From the NCBI RefSeq assembly GCF_009914755.1, contig NC_060947.1: 64,000 bases of DNA; one strand, given 5' to 3'. Source of the DNA: the human T2T-CHM13v2.0 reference genome, Homo sapiens. Every line of letters begins with the position of its first letter. Position 1 is the stretch's first letter. The notes below the pieces were generated by a model that was given only the letters and a program-made list of their open reading frames with translations, made no database searches and was not told where the DNA came from. A program made the position numbers and the translations under genes. This document shows positions 14,050 through 24,136 of the stretch, in pieces.

Positions 14050-16460
14050 TGTACCCTGTAGCATTCTGAGGACAGGCCTGAATTCTGACAAGGGAAAGTG
14101 GTAAAAGTATTGTCCAGTCCTTTTTAAGTTGGTAGCTGAGCTTGGTGAGGTGTGTTTTTAAAAGACCATTAGTCTGTTCTATCTTTCCTGAAGACTGAGG
14201 ACCGTAAGGGATATAAAGGTTTCACTGAATACCAAGAGCCTGAAAAAATGCTTGGCTGATTTGACTAACAAAGGCCGGTCTGCTATCAGAGTGTATAGAG
14301 GTGGGAAGGCCAAACTGAGGAATTGTGTCTGACAGAAGGGAAGAAATGACTGCGGTGGCCTTCTTAGACCCTGTAGGAAAGGCCTCTACCCATCCAGGGA
14401 AAGTGTCTACCTAGACTAAGAGGTATTTTAGTTTTCTGACTCAGGGCATGTGAGTAAAGTCAATTTGCCAGTCCTGGGCAGGGGCTAATCCTCGAGCTTG
14501 ATGTTTAGGAAAGGGAGGAGGCCTGAACAATCCCTGATGGATAGTAGAATAGCAAATGGAACACTGAGGAGTGATTTCCTTGAGGACAGATTTCCAGAAT
14601 GGAAAGGAATTGAGAGGTTCTAAGAGACGGGCTAGTGGCTCATAACCTATATGGAAGAGGTTATGAAATGACGACAGAATAGAATGGGCCTGTGAGGCTG
14701 GAAGGAGATATTTTCCTTGGTCTAAGAACCATTTGCCTTGTGTGGGAAGAGATTGACATGTGGAATTTTCAGTGGGGGAGTAGGTAGGAGTGACTGATGT
14801 GAAGGAGAAAAACTGGCATGAGGGACAGAAGTTGGAAAGCTAGCTGCTTGTCTAGCCACTTTATCAGCATAAGCGTTGTCTAGAGCAATGAGATCTGATG
14901 CCTTTTGATGGCCTTTGCAGTGAATGACTCCAGCTTCCTTTGGAAGTAAAGCGGCCTTGAGCAGAGTTTTTATTAAAGAGGGGTTAATGATGGAGGACCC
15001 TTGCATAGTGAGGAAATCTCTTTCAGCCTATATAACAGCATGGTGGTGCAGAATATGAAAGGCATATTTAGAGTCACTATAAATATTGATGAGTAGTCCT
15101 TTTGCAAGAGTGAGGGCTTGAGTTAAGGCAACTAGTTCAGCTTGCTGAGAGGCAGTGGAGGGGGGCAGAGCAGTAGCCTCAATGACAGATGTGGAAGATA
15201 CTATAGCATAGCCTGCCTTTGCTGGTGAGTGGTAATTAGGCCTGGCGGAACTGCCATTAATAAACTAAATGTGATCAGGGTGAGGAACAGGAAAGAAGGA
15301 AATATGGGGAAATGGGGTGAATGTCAGGTGGATCAGAGAGATACAGTCATGAGGGTCAGGTGTGGTATCCAGAATAATGTGGGAGGCCGGATTGAAGTCC
15401 GGGCCAGGAACAATGGTAATTGTGGGAGACTCAACAAAGAGTGAGTACAGCTGAAGGAGCCGGGGAGCAGAAAGTATAAGTGTCAGGCGTGAGGAAGAAA
15501 ATAGATTTTGGAAGTTATGAGAACTGTAGAGAGTGAGTTGAGCATAGTCTGTGATTTTAAGGGCCTCTAAAAGTATTAGGGCAGCAGCAGCCACTGCACG
15601 GAGGCATGATGGCCAGCCTAAAACAGTAAGGTCAAGTTGTTTGGACAAAAAGGCTACAGGACGCGATCCCGGTCCTTGTGTAAGAATTCCGACTGCACAG
15701 CCCTGCACTTTGGGATGAGTTAGGGAGAGCTAGGATGGGGGCAGTCTCTAAAGCTGTCTTCAAGGAACAGAAAGAGGAGTGGGGAAAGGATTTAGGATCT
15801 ATGGGGCCAGCTTGGTTTCCTTTTGTGAGTTTATATAATGGTTTTGTTAGGATGGCAAAACCAGGTATCTAAAGTCGAAAGTATCTAACCATGCCTAGGA
15901 AGGAAAGGAGTTGTTGTTTTGTAGAAGGTGCTGGGGTTTGAAAGATCAGTTGGACACGATGGGCAGGGAGAGCACGTGTGTTTTTATGAGAATTATGCCA
16001 AGATAGGTAACAGATGAGGAAGAAATTTGGGCTTGACTGAAGTAATGGGGGCTGTCTGTGAGGCCTTGCGGCAGTACGGCCCAGGTAATTTGCTGAGCCT
16101 GATGGGTGTCAGGGTCAGTCCAAGTGAAAGCGAAGAGAGGTTGGGATGAGGGGTGCAGGGGAATAGTGAAAAAAAACATCTTTAAGATTAAGAACAGAAT
16201 AGTGAGTTGTGGAGGAAGGTACTGAGGACAAAAGAGTGTACGGGTTGGGCACCACAGGGTGGATAGGCAAAACAATTTGGTTGATAAGGCGCAGATCCTG
16301 AACTAATCTGTAAGACTTGTCTGGTTTTTGGACAGGTAAAATGGGGGAATTGTAAGGAGAGTTTATAGGTTTTAGAAGCCCATGCTGTAGCAGGCAAGTG
16401 ATAACAGGCTTTAATCCTTTTAAAGCATGCTGTGGGATGGGATATTGGCATTAAGCGAGG
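14050..16460 (-). pseudogene. pol: HERV-H pol remnant (RT lacking the YxDD segment, RNase H, partial integrase)
   Basis: FFTIPLHPSSQPLFAFTWTDPDTHQAQQITWAVLPQGLTDSPHYFSQA joins directly to QISSSSVTYLG with no YxDD. Connection domain RPVAFLSKQLDLTVLGWPSCLRAVAAAA. RNase H end VIHCKGHQKASDLIALDNAYADKVA. Many stops and frameshifts. Confidence 0.88.
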
Positions 16461-16949
16461 TAAGGGTGATTAGGTTTTAATAGGATGGTAAGGGGTGCAT
16501 GATTGGTTGCTAAGGAGGGAGTAGAGGTGTCTTATACTTGTGGGTTAAGGTGGGGAGATACAAGGGGAGGATGTGAAGGAGGCTTTGAACTGGGGGAAAA
16601 GGTGGCAATGAGGTGTGGCTGTAGCCTAGGAATAGTCAGGGAAGCAGATAATTTAGTTAAAGTGTCTCGGCCTAATAAGGGAACTGGGCAGGTGGGGATA
16701 ACTAAAAAGGAGTGCTTAAAAGAGTATTGTCTAAATTGGCACTAGAGTTGGGGAGTTTTAAGAGGCTTAGAAGCCTGGCTGCCAATACATACAACAGTTA
16801 TGGAGGCAAGGGAAACAGGCCCTTGAAAAGAAGGTAATGTGGAGTCTGTAGCTTCCGTATTGATTAAGAAGGGGACAGACTTACCTTCCACTGTGAGAGT
16901 TACCCGAAGCTCGGTGTCCATGATGGTTTAGGGGGCTTCCGAGGAGATC

Positions 16950-18100
16950 CGGCAGTGTCAGTCTTCAGCCGTGAAGCTGAGAAGATCTGGGAAGGAGTCA
17001 ATCAGAGAGCCTTGGGCCAGAGTTCCAGGGGCTCTGGGAGTGGCCGCCAGGTGAGTTGAACAGTCTGATTTTCAGTGGGGTCCCACACAGATGGGACGTG
17101 GCTTAGGAGGAATCCTGGGCTGCGGGCATTCCTTGGCCTGGTGGCCAGATTTCCAGCACTTATAGCAAGCTCCTGGGGGAGGAGGTTCTGGAGGAAGGCC
17201 TGGCTGCTGCGGTTCAGGCGTTTGGAAGTTCTTGTGTGCTAGAGATGTGGCTGGGGTTTGTCTCACAGTGGAGGCAAGGAATTGCAACTTTTTTCTATTA
17301 CTGTACACCTTGAAGGCGAGGTTAATTAAGTCCTGTTGTGGGGTTTGAGGACCGGAATTTAATTTTTGGAGCTTTATTTAAAGTCAGGAGCAGATTGGGT
17401 AATAAAATGTATATTGAGAATAAGACGGCCTTTTGACCTTTTGGGGTCTAGGGCTGTAAAGCGTCTCAGGGTTGCTGCCAAATGAACCATGAACTGGGCT
17501 GGATTTTTATATTTGATGAAAAAAGAGCCTAAACGCTAACTAATTTTGGGAGAGGTCAGATAAAGAAAAAGGAGCATTCACCTTGACTATGCCTTTAGCT
17601 CCAGCCACCTTTTTAAGAGGAAATTGCTGGGCAGGTTGGGGAAGGCTAGTCGAGGAATGAAACTGTAAGCTGGACCAGGTGTGAGGAGGGGAGGTGATAA
17701 AAGGATTATAGGGTGGGGGAGCAGAGGCTGAGGAAGAATTGGGACCTGGCTTGGCCTGGCGAGGAGGGGAGAGGTCAGATGGGTCTGTAGAAAAGGAAGA
17801 TTAGAAAGACTCAGCGACACTTGGGGTTGGGACTGAGGGGACAGGCGGGAGGGAAAGAAGGAGGATTTGGGATGAGTCCCATTGGGAACAGAGACGAGGG
17901 AGGGAAAAATGTATAAAAGAATGCCTGGATGTCAGGCACCTCAGACCATTTGCCCATTTTATGATAAGAATTATCTAGATCTTGTACGATGGAAAAATTG
18001 AAAGTGCCATTTTCTGGCTATCTGGAACTACTGTTGAGTTTGTATTGGGGTCAAGTGGCATTGTAGAAGAAAATAAGGCATTTAGGTTTTAGGTCAGGTG
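16950..18100 (-). pseudogene. gag: HERV-H gag remnant
   Basis: ORF 17072-17308 contains PPPPGACYKCWKSGHQAKECPQP (CX2CX4HX4C knuckle) followed by CVGPH. Proline-rich frames lie upstream. Boundaries are approximate. Confidence 0.8.
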
Positions 18101-18270
18101 TGAGCTGAAGAGGTTTTAAGTTCTTGAGAACACAGGCTAAGGGAGAGTAGGGAGGAATGGAGGGTGGAAGCTTGCCCATAGTGAAGGAGGAAAGCCCAGA
18201 GAAAAGAGAGTAGAGAGACGGAGGGAAGGGGTTCAGGGGTTCTTACCCTCCAGAAAAGTGGGAGAGGGTT

Positions 18271-18501
18271 CAGGGCACAGAAATAAGGGGTTGGGGCACA
18301 GAGATAAGAGGTCAGAGCGCAGAAATAAGGGATCGGGTTGCAGAGATAAGAGGTCGGGGCATGCAAATAAGGGATCGGGGCACAGAGATAAGAGGTCGGG
18401 GTGCAGAAATAAGGGATTGGGGCACAGAGATAAGAGGTTGGGGCATGGAAATAAGGGATCAGGCCACAAAGATAAGGGGTCAGGGCATGGAAATAAGGGA
18501 T
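18271..18501. repeat. Tandem array of 11 x 21-bp units, alternating A/B (42-bp higher-order repeat), in the HERV-H leader
   Basis: Units alternate ...aaataagggat and ...agataagaggt, for example cggggcacagagataagaggt / cggggtgcagaaataagggat. The array explains the 7-aa periodic ORFs in the track. Confidence 0.95.
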
Positions 18502-18898
18502 CGAGGGGTTCTTGCCCCCCAGAAAAGCAGAGAAGGGGTAGAGACAGGGAGAGAAGGGGTGGGGTTTCTTGCCTCTCCCCCAGGAAAGCAGGGCTTGCAG
18601 CTAAGGTTGAAGGAGCAAGGCAGGCGTCCCTGCGTGGTCAGACACCTCTGAAACGTGGGTGAATAATCAGAGAGCATCCCTGCAGTGATTAAACACCAAG
18701 GGAAGGCTGCCTTCCCGAGTCCGTGACCGGCACCGGAGTTTTGGGATCATGGATAAAACGTGTCTCCTTTGTCTCTACCAGAAAATGAAAGGAAATGAAA
18801 TTAAGAGAAGGGAGAGATTGAAGGGTGGCACCAAGATTGAAAGGAGAAAGTGGTTGAGGGATAGTGAGAGAGGTTGGAGAAGAGAGTAAGAAGAGGCC

Positions 18899-18907
18899 GC
18901 TTACCTG
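18899..18907 (-). promoter_or_regulatory. HERV-H major splice donor (CAG|GTAAGC)
   Basis: Minus strand reads aaatcag|gtaagcggcc about 145 nt downstream of the 5' LTR, the known position of the HERV-H leader donor. Near-perfect U1 consensus. Confidence 0.8.
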
Positions 18908-19030
18908 ATTTAAAATTGGTGAGATGTTCCTTGGGCTGGTGGGTCTGAGGACCCGAGGTCGTAGGTGGATCTTTTTCATGGAGCAAAGAGCAGGAGGACA
19001 GGGGATTGATCTCCTAAGGGAGGTCCCCCA

Positions 19031-19048
19031 ATCCGAGTCACAGCACCA
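19031..19048 (-). other. Primer-binding site complementary to tRNA-His
   Basis: Minus strand TGGTGCTGTGACTCGGAT, 2 nt after the 5' LTR. It differs from the canonical TGGTGCCGTGACTCGGAT by one CpG-type change. Confidence 0.95.
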
Positions 19049-19050
19049 AA

Positions 19051-19452
19051 TTTCATGCGCATCCGTGTGAAGAGACCACCAAACAGGCTTTGTGTGAGCA
19101 ATAAAGCTTTTCATCACCTGGGTTCAGGCAGACTGAGTCCGAAAAGAGAGTCAGCAAAGGGAGATAGGGGTGGGGCCGTTTTATAGGATTTGGGTAGGTA
19201 AAAGAAAAAGGGGGATTGTTCTCTGGCAGGCAGGAGTGGGGGTCACAAGGTGCACAGTAGGGGAGCTTTTGAGCCAGGATGAGCCAGGAGAAGGAATTTC
19301 ACAAGATAATGTCATCAGTTAAGGCAGGAACAGGCCATTTTCCTTTCTTTTGTGGTGGAATGTCATCAGTTAAGGCAGGAACCAGCCATCTGGATGTGTA
19401 TGTGCAGGTCACAGGGGATATGATGGCTTAGCTTGGGCTCAGAGGCCTGACA
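19051..19452 (-). promoter_or_regulatory. HERV-H 5' LTR (LTR7) promoter/enhancer
   Basis: Minus-strand TATAAAA at 19179-19185. CCCCACCCC (Sp/KLF-type box) at 19167-19175. Duplicated U3 block aatgtcatcagttaaggcaggaac. ACAAAAGA SOX-like motif at 19346-19353. Confidence 0.93.
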
Positions 19453-19600
19453 GTTAGAAAAACTACCTATTGGGTATTATGCTGATTACCTGGGTTATAA
19501 AAGCATTTGTACACCAAAACCCAGTGACACACAATTTACTCATGAAACAAAACTGCACATGTACCTCCTAAACGTAAAATAAAAAGGGGAAGAAAATAAA

Positions 19601-19670
19601 TTAAAAATATATATTTAAGGTCTACAACGCAATGTTTTGAAATACATATATATATATATAGTGAAATGAC
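19601..19670 (-). mobile_element. Short antisense L1MA-type 3' end fragment (target of the L1PA15/16 insertion; left part ~6811-6845)
   Basis: atatatttaaggtctacaacgcaatgttttgaaatacatata...gtgaaatga matches the reverse complement of an L1MA 3' terminus. Confidence 0.55.
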
Positions 19671-20942
19671 AAACCAACTCTCAAAGTTGACTTCAAACTT
19701 CATGCCCCAGTGCTTCCATGAAAGTTCCCCTGCTATCTAGTCTGATGTTTACCTAACCCTTCTCTGAACCCATTTCCTTTTTTAAAATTAGTAGTTTTGC
19801 ACTGTATACTGTAACATTTTATTTGGCTCTGATTGTTTTATGAGTATACCATCTCTTTTATCAGAAGTTTACTTTTTTTGCATCTTGTTATGACCTAACA
19901 CAGTTCTTGGCTTACCAAACATATTCCGATAAATACATGTTTATTACTTAAATTGGTCAAAAATCTATATTACATAAAATTTATTGAAAGCTATGCACAT
20001 TTAATTTATTCAAAAATACACAGCTAAGTAAACACGAAAAATGGTCAAGTAGCGTCTGCTGTAGTACACAAGGTTTTTTCACTATTGAGACAGCTTTCAT
20101 AGGCAAATGACATTAAATTGCCTCAAAAAATGTATTTGTGTCAGGAGAATATATTACCTGTTGCCATTAGAAACACTAAATGAGTGGACACCACATCACT
20201 AAAGATTTAGTGATTACTTAGGTTAAAATTAAAATATTAACTGACATCTTACCTCACACAGGTATTTAAATTTGCTTGCAAACCCCCATCTCCAAATTCC
20301 CTCTTCCCTCAAACTACAGTATTACTCAGATTCACACATAAGCAGATTTAGTATCATAATACAATAATATTTGCACAGAGGCATGGTTGCGCTAGCTGTT
20401 TTCTTACAGATGCAAAACAAACAATTTGAAGCAAAATTATTTCATAGGCAAAATAAAACATGTCTTTTGTCTTTCCTAGAATTCTTCATACAGTCCAAAT
20501 GTAAACTTTTGTAATGAGCTCTCGCACAGTAGTGCCTACTCTCTTGAAGTCCTTTTGAAACCTGTGGAGCTCAATCTCTTCGAATTTGGCCATAAAAATT
20601 CTGTTTTGCTATGCACTAGAACAAGTCAATTGTTGTTCCCAGGCTTGCTTTCTCTAGGATATCTCTTGGTGGATATAAAAAAACTGATCAAATATTTGGC
20701 TTATAAATAATATTTGGAAACACTGCATGACACAGTGTCAGTTGGTTTGTATTTGTGATGAAAAGAAATGAAAGAGAATCTCAGACAAACTTTCCTTCAT
20801 CAGAGATCCAACATTTCTTTCTGTTTACAACATTTTATTCTGCACCTTATCCAACTGTTTTATTTTCACTATATCAGCATCATTTTCTCACTGAAGGACT
20901 CGCATACCAGATAATGTGATTTAGTTAAAAATGGAGTCTGAA

Positions 20943-23900
20943 TCAATTCAACAAGAAGATGTAACAACCCTAAATATATATTAACCTAACTCCAGAGCTC
21001 TCAGATTCATAAAGCAACAACTACTATACCTAGGAAAAGAGAAAGATAGCAACACGATAATAGTGGGGGACATCAACACTAGACAGCACTAGACAGATTA
21101 CTGAGGCAGAAAGCTAACAAAGAAACCCAAGACTTAAACTTTACTCTAGAACAAGTGTACCTAACAGATATTTACAGTACATTCCAACCAAAAACTGCAG
21201 AATATACATTTTTTTAATCACATGAAACATTCTACAAGATAGACCATATGATATGTCACAAAGCAAGTCTCAATAAATTTAAAAAATCAAAATCATATCA
21301 AGTATCTTCTCAGAACACAGTAGAATAAAACTAGAAATCCATTCCAAAATAAACCCTCAAGCCTATACAATTACATGAAAATTAAACAATCTGAATATGA
21401 CTGACTTTTGGGTTAAAAATGAAATCAAGATAGAAATTTAAAAATTTTTCAAAATGAATAATAACAGTGACAAGTTATCAAAACCTCTGTGATACAGCAA
21501 AAGCTGAATTCTACCATAATTTCAATGAAGAACTGGTACCAAGTCTACTGAAACTATTCCAAAAGATTGAGAAGGCAGGAATCCTCCTTAACTCATTCTA
21601 TAAAGCCAGTATCACTGTAATACCAAAGGCAAGAAAGGACATAACAAAAAAGAAAACTACAGACCAATATCCCTGATGACTACAGGTGCAAAAATCCTCA
21701 ACAAAATACCAGCAAACCGAATCCAACAGCACATCAAAAATAATAATAATAATTCACTATGATCAAGTGGGTTTCATTCCAGGGATGCAGGGATGGTTCA
21801 ACATATGTGAGTTAATAAATGTGATTCATCACAGAAACAGAATTAGAAACAAAAATCATATTATTATCTCAATAGATGCAGACAAATAATTAGATAAAAT
21901 CCAGCATCGCTTTATGATAAAAACCGTCAACAAACTGGGCATTGAAGAAACATACCTCAAAATAATAAAAGCCTTATATGACAAAACTTCAGTTGACATT
22001 ATACTGAAGCAGGAAAAGTTAAAAGCATTCCCCTGAAGAACTGGAACAAGACAAGGATCCCCACCTTCACCATTTCACTTCAACATAGTACTGGAAGACC
22101 TAACCAGAGCAATCAGGAAAGAAAAAGAAATAAGGGGCATCCAAATTGGAAAAGAGGATGTCACACTATCTCTGTTTGCCAGTGGTATAATCTTATACCT
22201 AGAAAACCCGAAAGACTCCTCCAAAAGACTCCTAGATCAGATAAATGAATTCAGTAAAGTCTCAGGTTACAAAATCAATGTACACAAATAAGTAGCATTT
22301 CTATGCACCAACAATCAAGCTGAGAATTAAATGAGGAACTCAATCCCTTTTATATTTGCTACAATAAACAAATAAAATACCTAGGAATATATTTAACCAA
22401 GGAGGTAAAAGTACTCTACAAGGAGAACTACAAAACACTGCTGAAAGAAATCATAGATGACACAAACAAATGGAAACATATCCTATGGTCATGGATTAGA
22501 AGAATTAATATCATTAACATGACCGTACTGCCCAAAGCAATCTAAAGATTCAATGCAGTTCTTGCCAAAATAACAACATAATTTTTCACAGAATTAGAAA
22601 AAAAAAATCCAAAAAATCATATGGAACAATAAAAGAGCCTGAAGAGCCAAAGCAATCCCAAGCAAAAAGAATAAATCTGGAGGTATCACATTACCTGACT
22701 TCAAATTATACTCCAAGATTGTAGTAACCTAAACAGGGTGGTACTCACATAAAAGTAGATACATAGACCAACAGAACAGCTATTCTATTAGAACTCAGAA
22801 ATAAAAACCAATACTTACAACCAACCGATCTTTGATAAAACATGCAAAAACACAAATTGGGGAAAGGTTCACTTCAGTAAGTGGTTCTGTGATAACTGGC
22901 TTGCCAAATGCAGAAGAATGAAACTGGATTCCTGTATCTCACCATATACAAAAACTAACTCAAGATGGATTAAAGACTTAAATCTTAGACCTGAAGTCAT
23001 AAAAATTCTAGAAGAAAACCTAGGAAAAAAACTATTCTGGACATTGGTGAAGACAAAGAATTTATGATTAAGTCTCCAAAAGCAAATGTAACAAAAACAA
23101 TAGTAAATGAGACCTAATTGAACTTAAAGCCTTCTGCACATCAAGAGAAATAATCATGAGTAAATAGATAACCTACTATATGGGAAAATAAATTTGCAAA
23201 TTATGTATTGGACAAAAGACATATTTCTAGATTCTACAGGGCACTCAAACAAATCAGCACGAAAAAATATCAAATTATCTCATTAACACGTGGGCAAAGG
23301 ACATGAATAGTCATTTCTCAAAAGAAGATATGCAAATGGCCAAGAAACATGAAAAAATGCTCATTGTCACTTATCATAAGGGAAATGCACATTAAAACCA
23401 CATGAGATACCACCTTACCCCTGCCAGAATGGCCGTTATGAAATTCAAAAAACAATAGATATTGGCAAGGATGTCATTAAAAGGAACACTTATATACTTC
23501 TAGTGAGAATGTAAATTATTACCCTTTCTATGGAAAACATTATAGAAATTTCTTAAAGAACTAAAACTACATCTACCATTTGATTCAGCAATCCCACTAC
23601 TGGGTATCTACCCAAAGGTAGGGGAAAAGTCACTATATCAAAAGCATACCTGTATGCATATGTTTATCACAGCACAATTCACAATTGGAAAGATAGGGAA
23701 TCAACCTAAGTGCCCATCAACGAATGAATGGATAAAGAAAATGTGGTATAGCGAGTAATACTACTCAGCCATAAAAAGAACAAAATAATGTCTTTTGCAG
23801 CAACTTGGATGAAACTGGAGGTCATTATTCTAAGTGAGGTAACTCAAGAACTGAAAATCAAATACTGCATGTTCTCACTTATAAGTGGGAACTAACCTAT

Positions 23901-24136
23901 GGATATACAGGGTTATGCAAAGCAGGATAATGGACACTGGAGACTCAAAAGCAAGGAGGGTAAGAGAGAAAAAGGGATGAAAAACTGCCTATTGGGTACA
24001 ATGTACACTACTAGGGTGGCAGTTGCACTAAAATTTCAGACTTCATCACTATATAATTCATCCTTGTAACCAAAAACCACTTGTACCTCTACAGCTATTG
24101 AATAAAAATAATAAATAAAATAAGATAAAATAAATT
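20943..24136 (+). mobile_element. 5'-truncated L1PB2-like element with ~0.55 kb internal ORF2 deletion
   Basis: Begins within the endonuclease region (tcaattcaacaagaagat). RT remnant [17 protein letters not shown]. 3' UTR ...cagacttcatcactatataattcatccttgtaaccaaaaaccacttgtacc...gctattgaataaaa. TSD ttaaaaatggag(t/c)ctgaa at 20925-20942 and 24135-24152, with a TT/AAAA site. Confidence 0.92.

Larger units (their letters stand above)
12986..19452 (-). mobile_element. HERV-H provirus with two LTR7 LTRs; pol and env partly deleted
   Basis: Two 402-bp direct repeats starting TGTCAGGCCTCTGAGCCCAAG on the minus strand. Perfect 5-bp TSD GTTAG at 12981-12985 and 19453-19457. tRNA-His PBS and polypurine tract present. 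gag zinc knuckle and RT/RNase H remnants. Confidence 0.98.
6846..19600 (+). mobile_element. Full-length L1PA15/16-like element (6846-12985 and 19453-19600), interrupted in its 3' UTR by HERV-H
   Basis: 5' UTR from ~6846; ORF1 remnant 8734-9012. ORF2 start at 9082 MTGPNPHMSLLTSNVNGLNTPLK...CCIQETHL (APE endonuclease). RT remnants and C-terminal HCWWECELVKPLW...LPFDPAIPLLGIYP. The 3' UTR resumes at 19453 (aaaactacctattgggtattatgctgattacctggg...cacatgtacc). TSD ttaaaaatata at 6835-6845 and 19601-19611. Confidence 0.92.

Noticed and set aside
14050-17308. Possible coding-competent HERV-H gag/pol
   Set aside because: RT lacks the YxDD catalytic segment, frames are fragmented and env is mostly deleted.
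18233-18677. Periodic ORFs (GHRDKRS/EIRGRG repeats) and a CRISPR-like appearance
   Set aside because: These are head-to-tail 21-bp units with no unique spacers and no cas genes. The ORFs are a by-product of a stop-poor minisatellite in the HERV-H leader.
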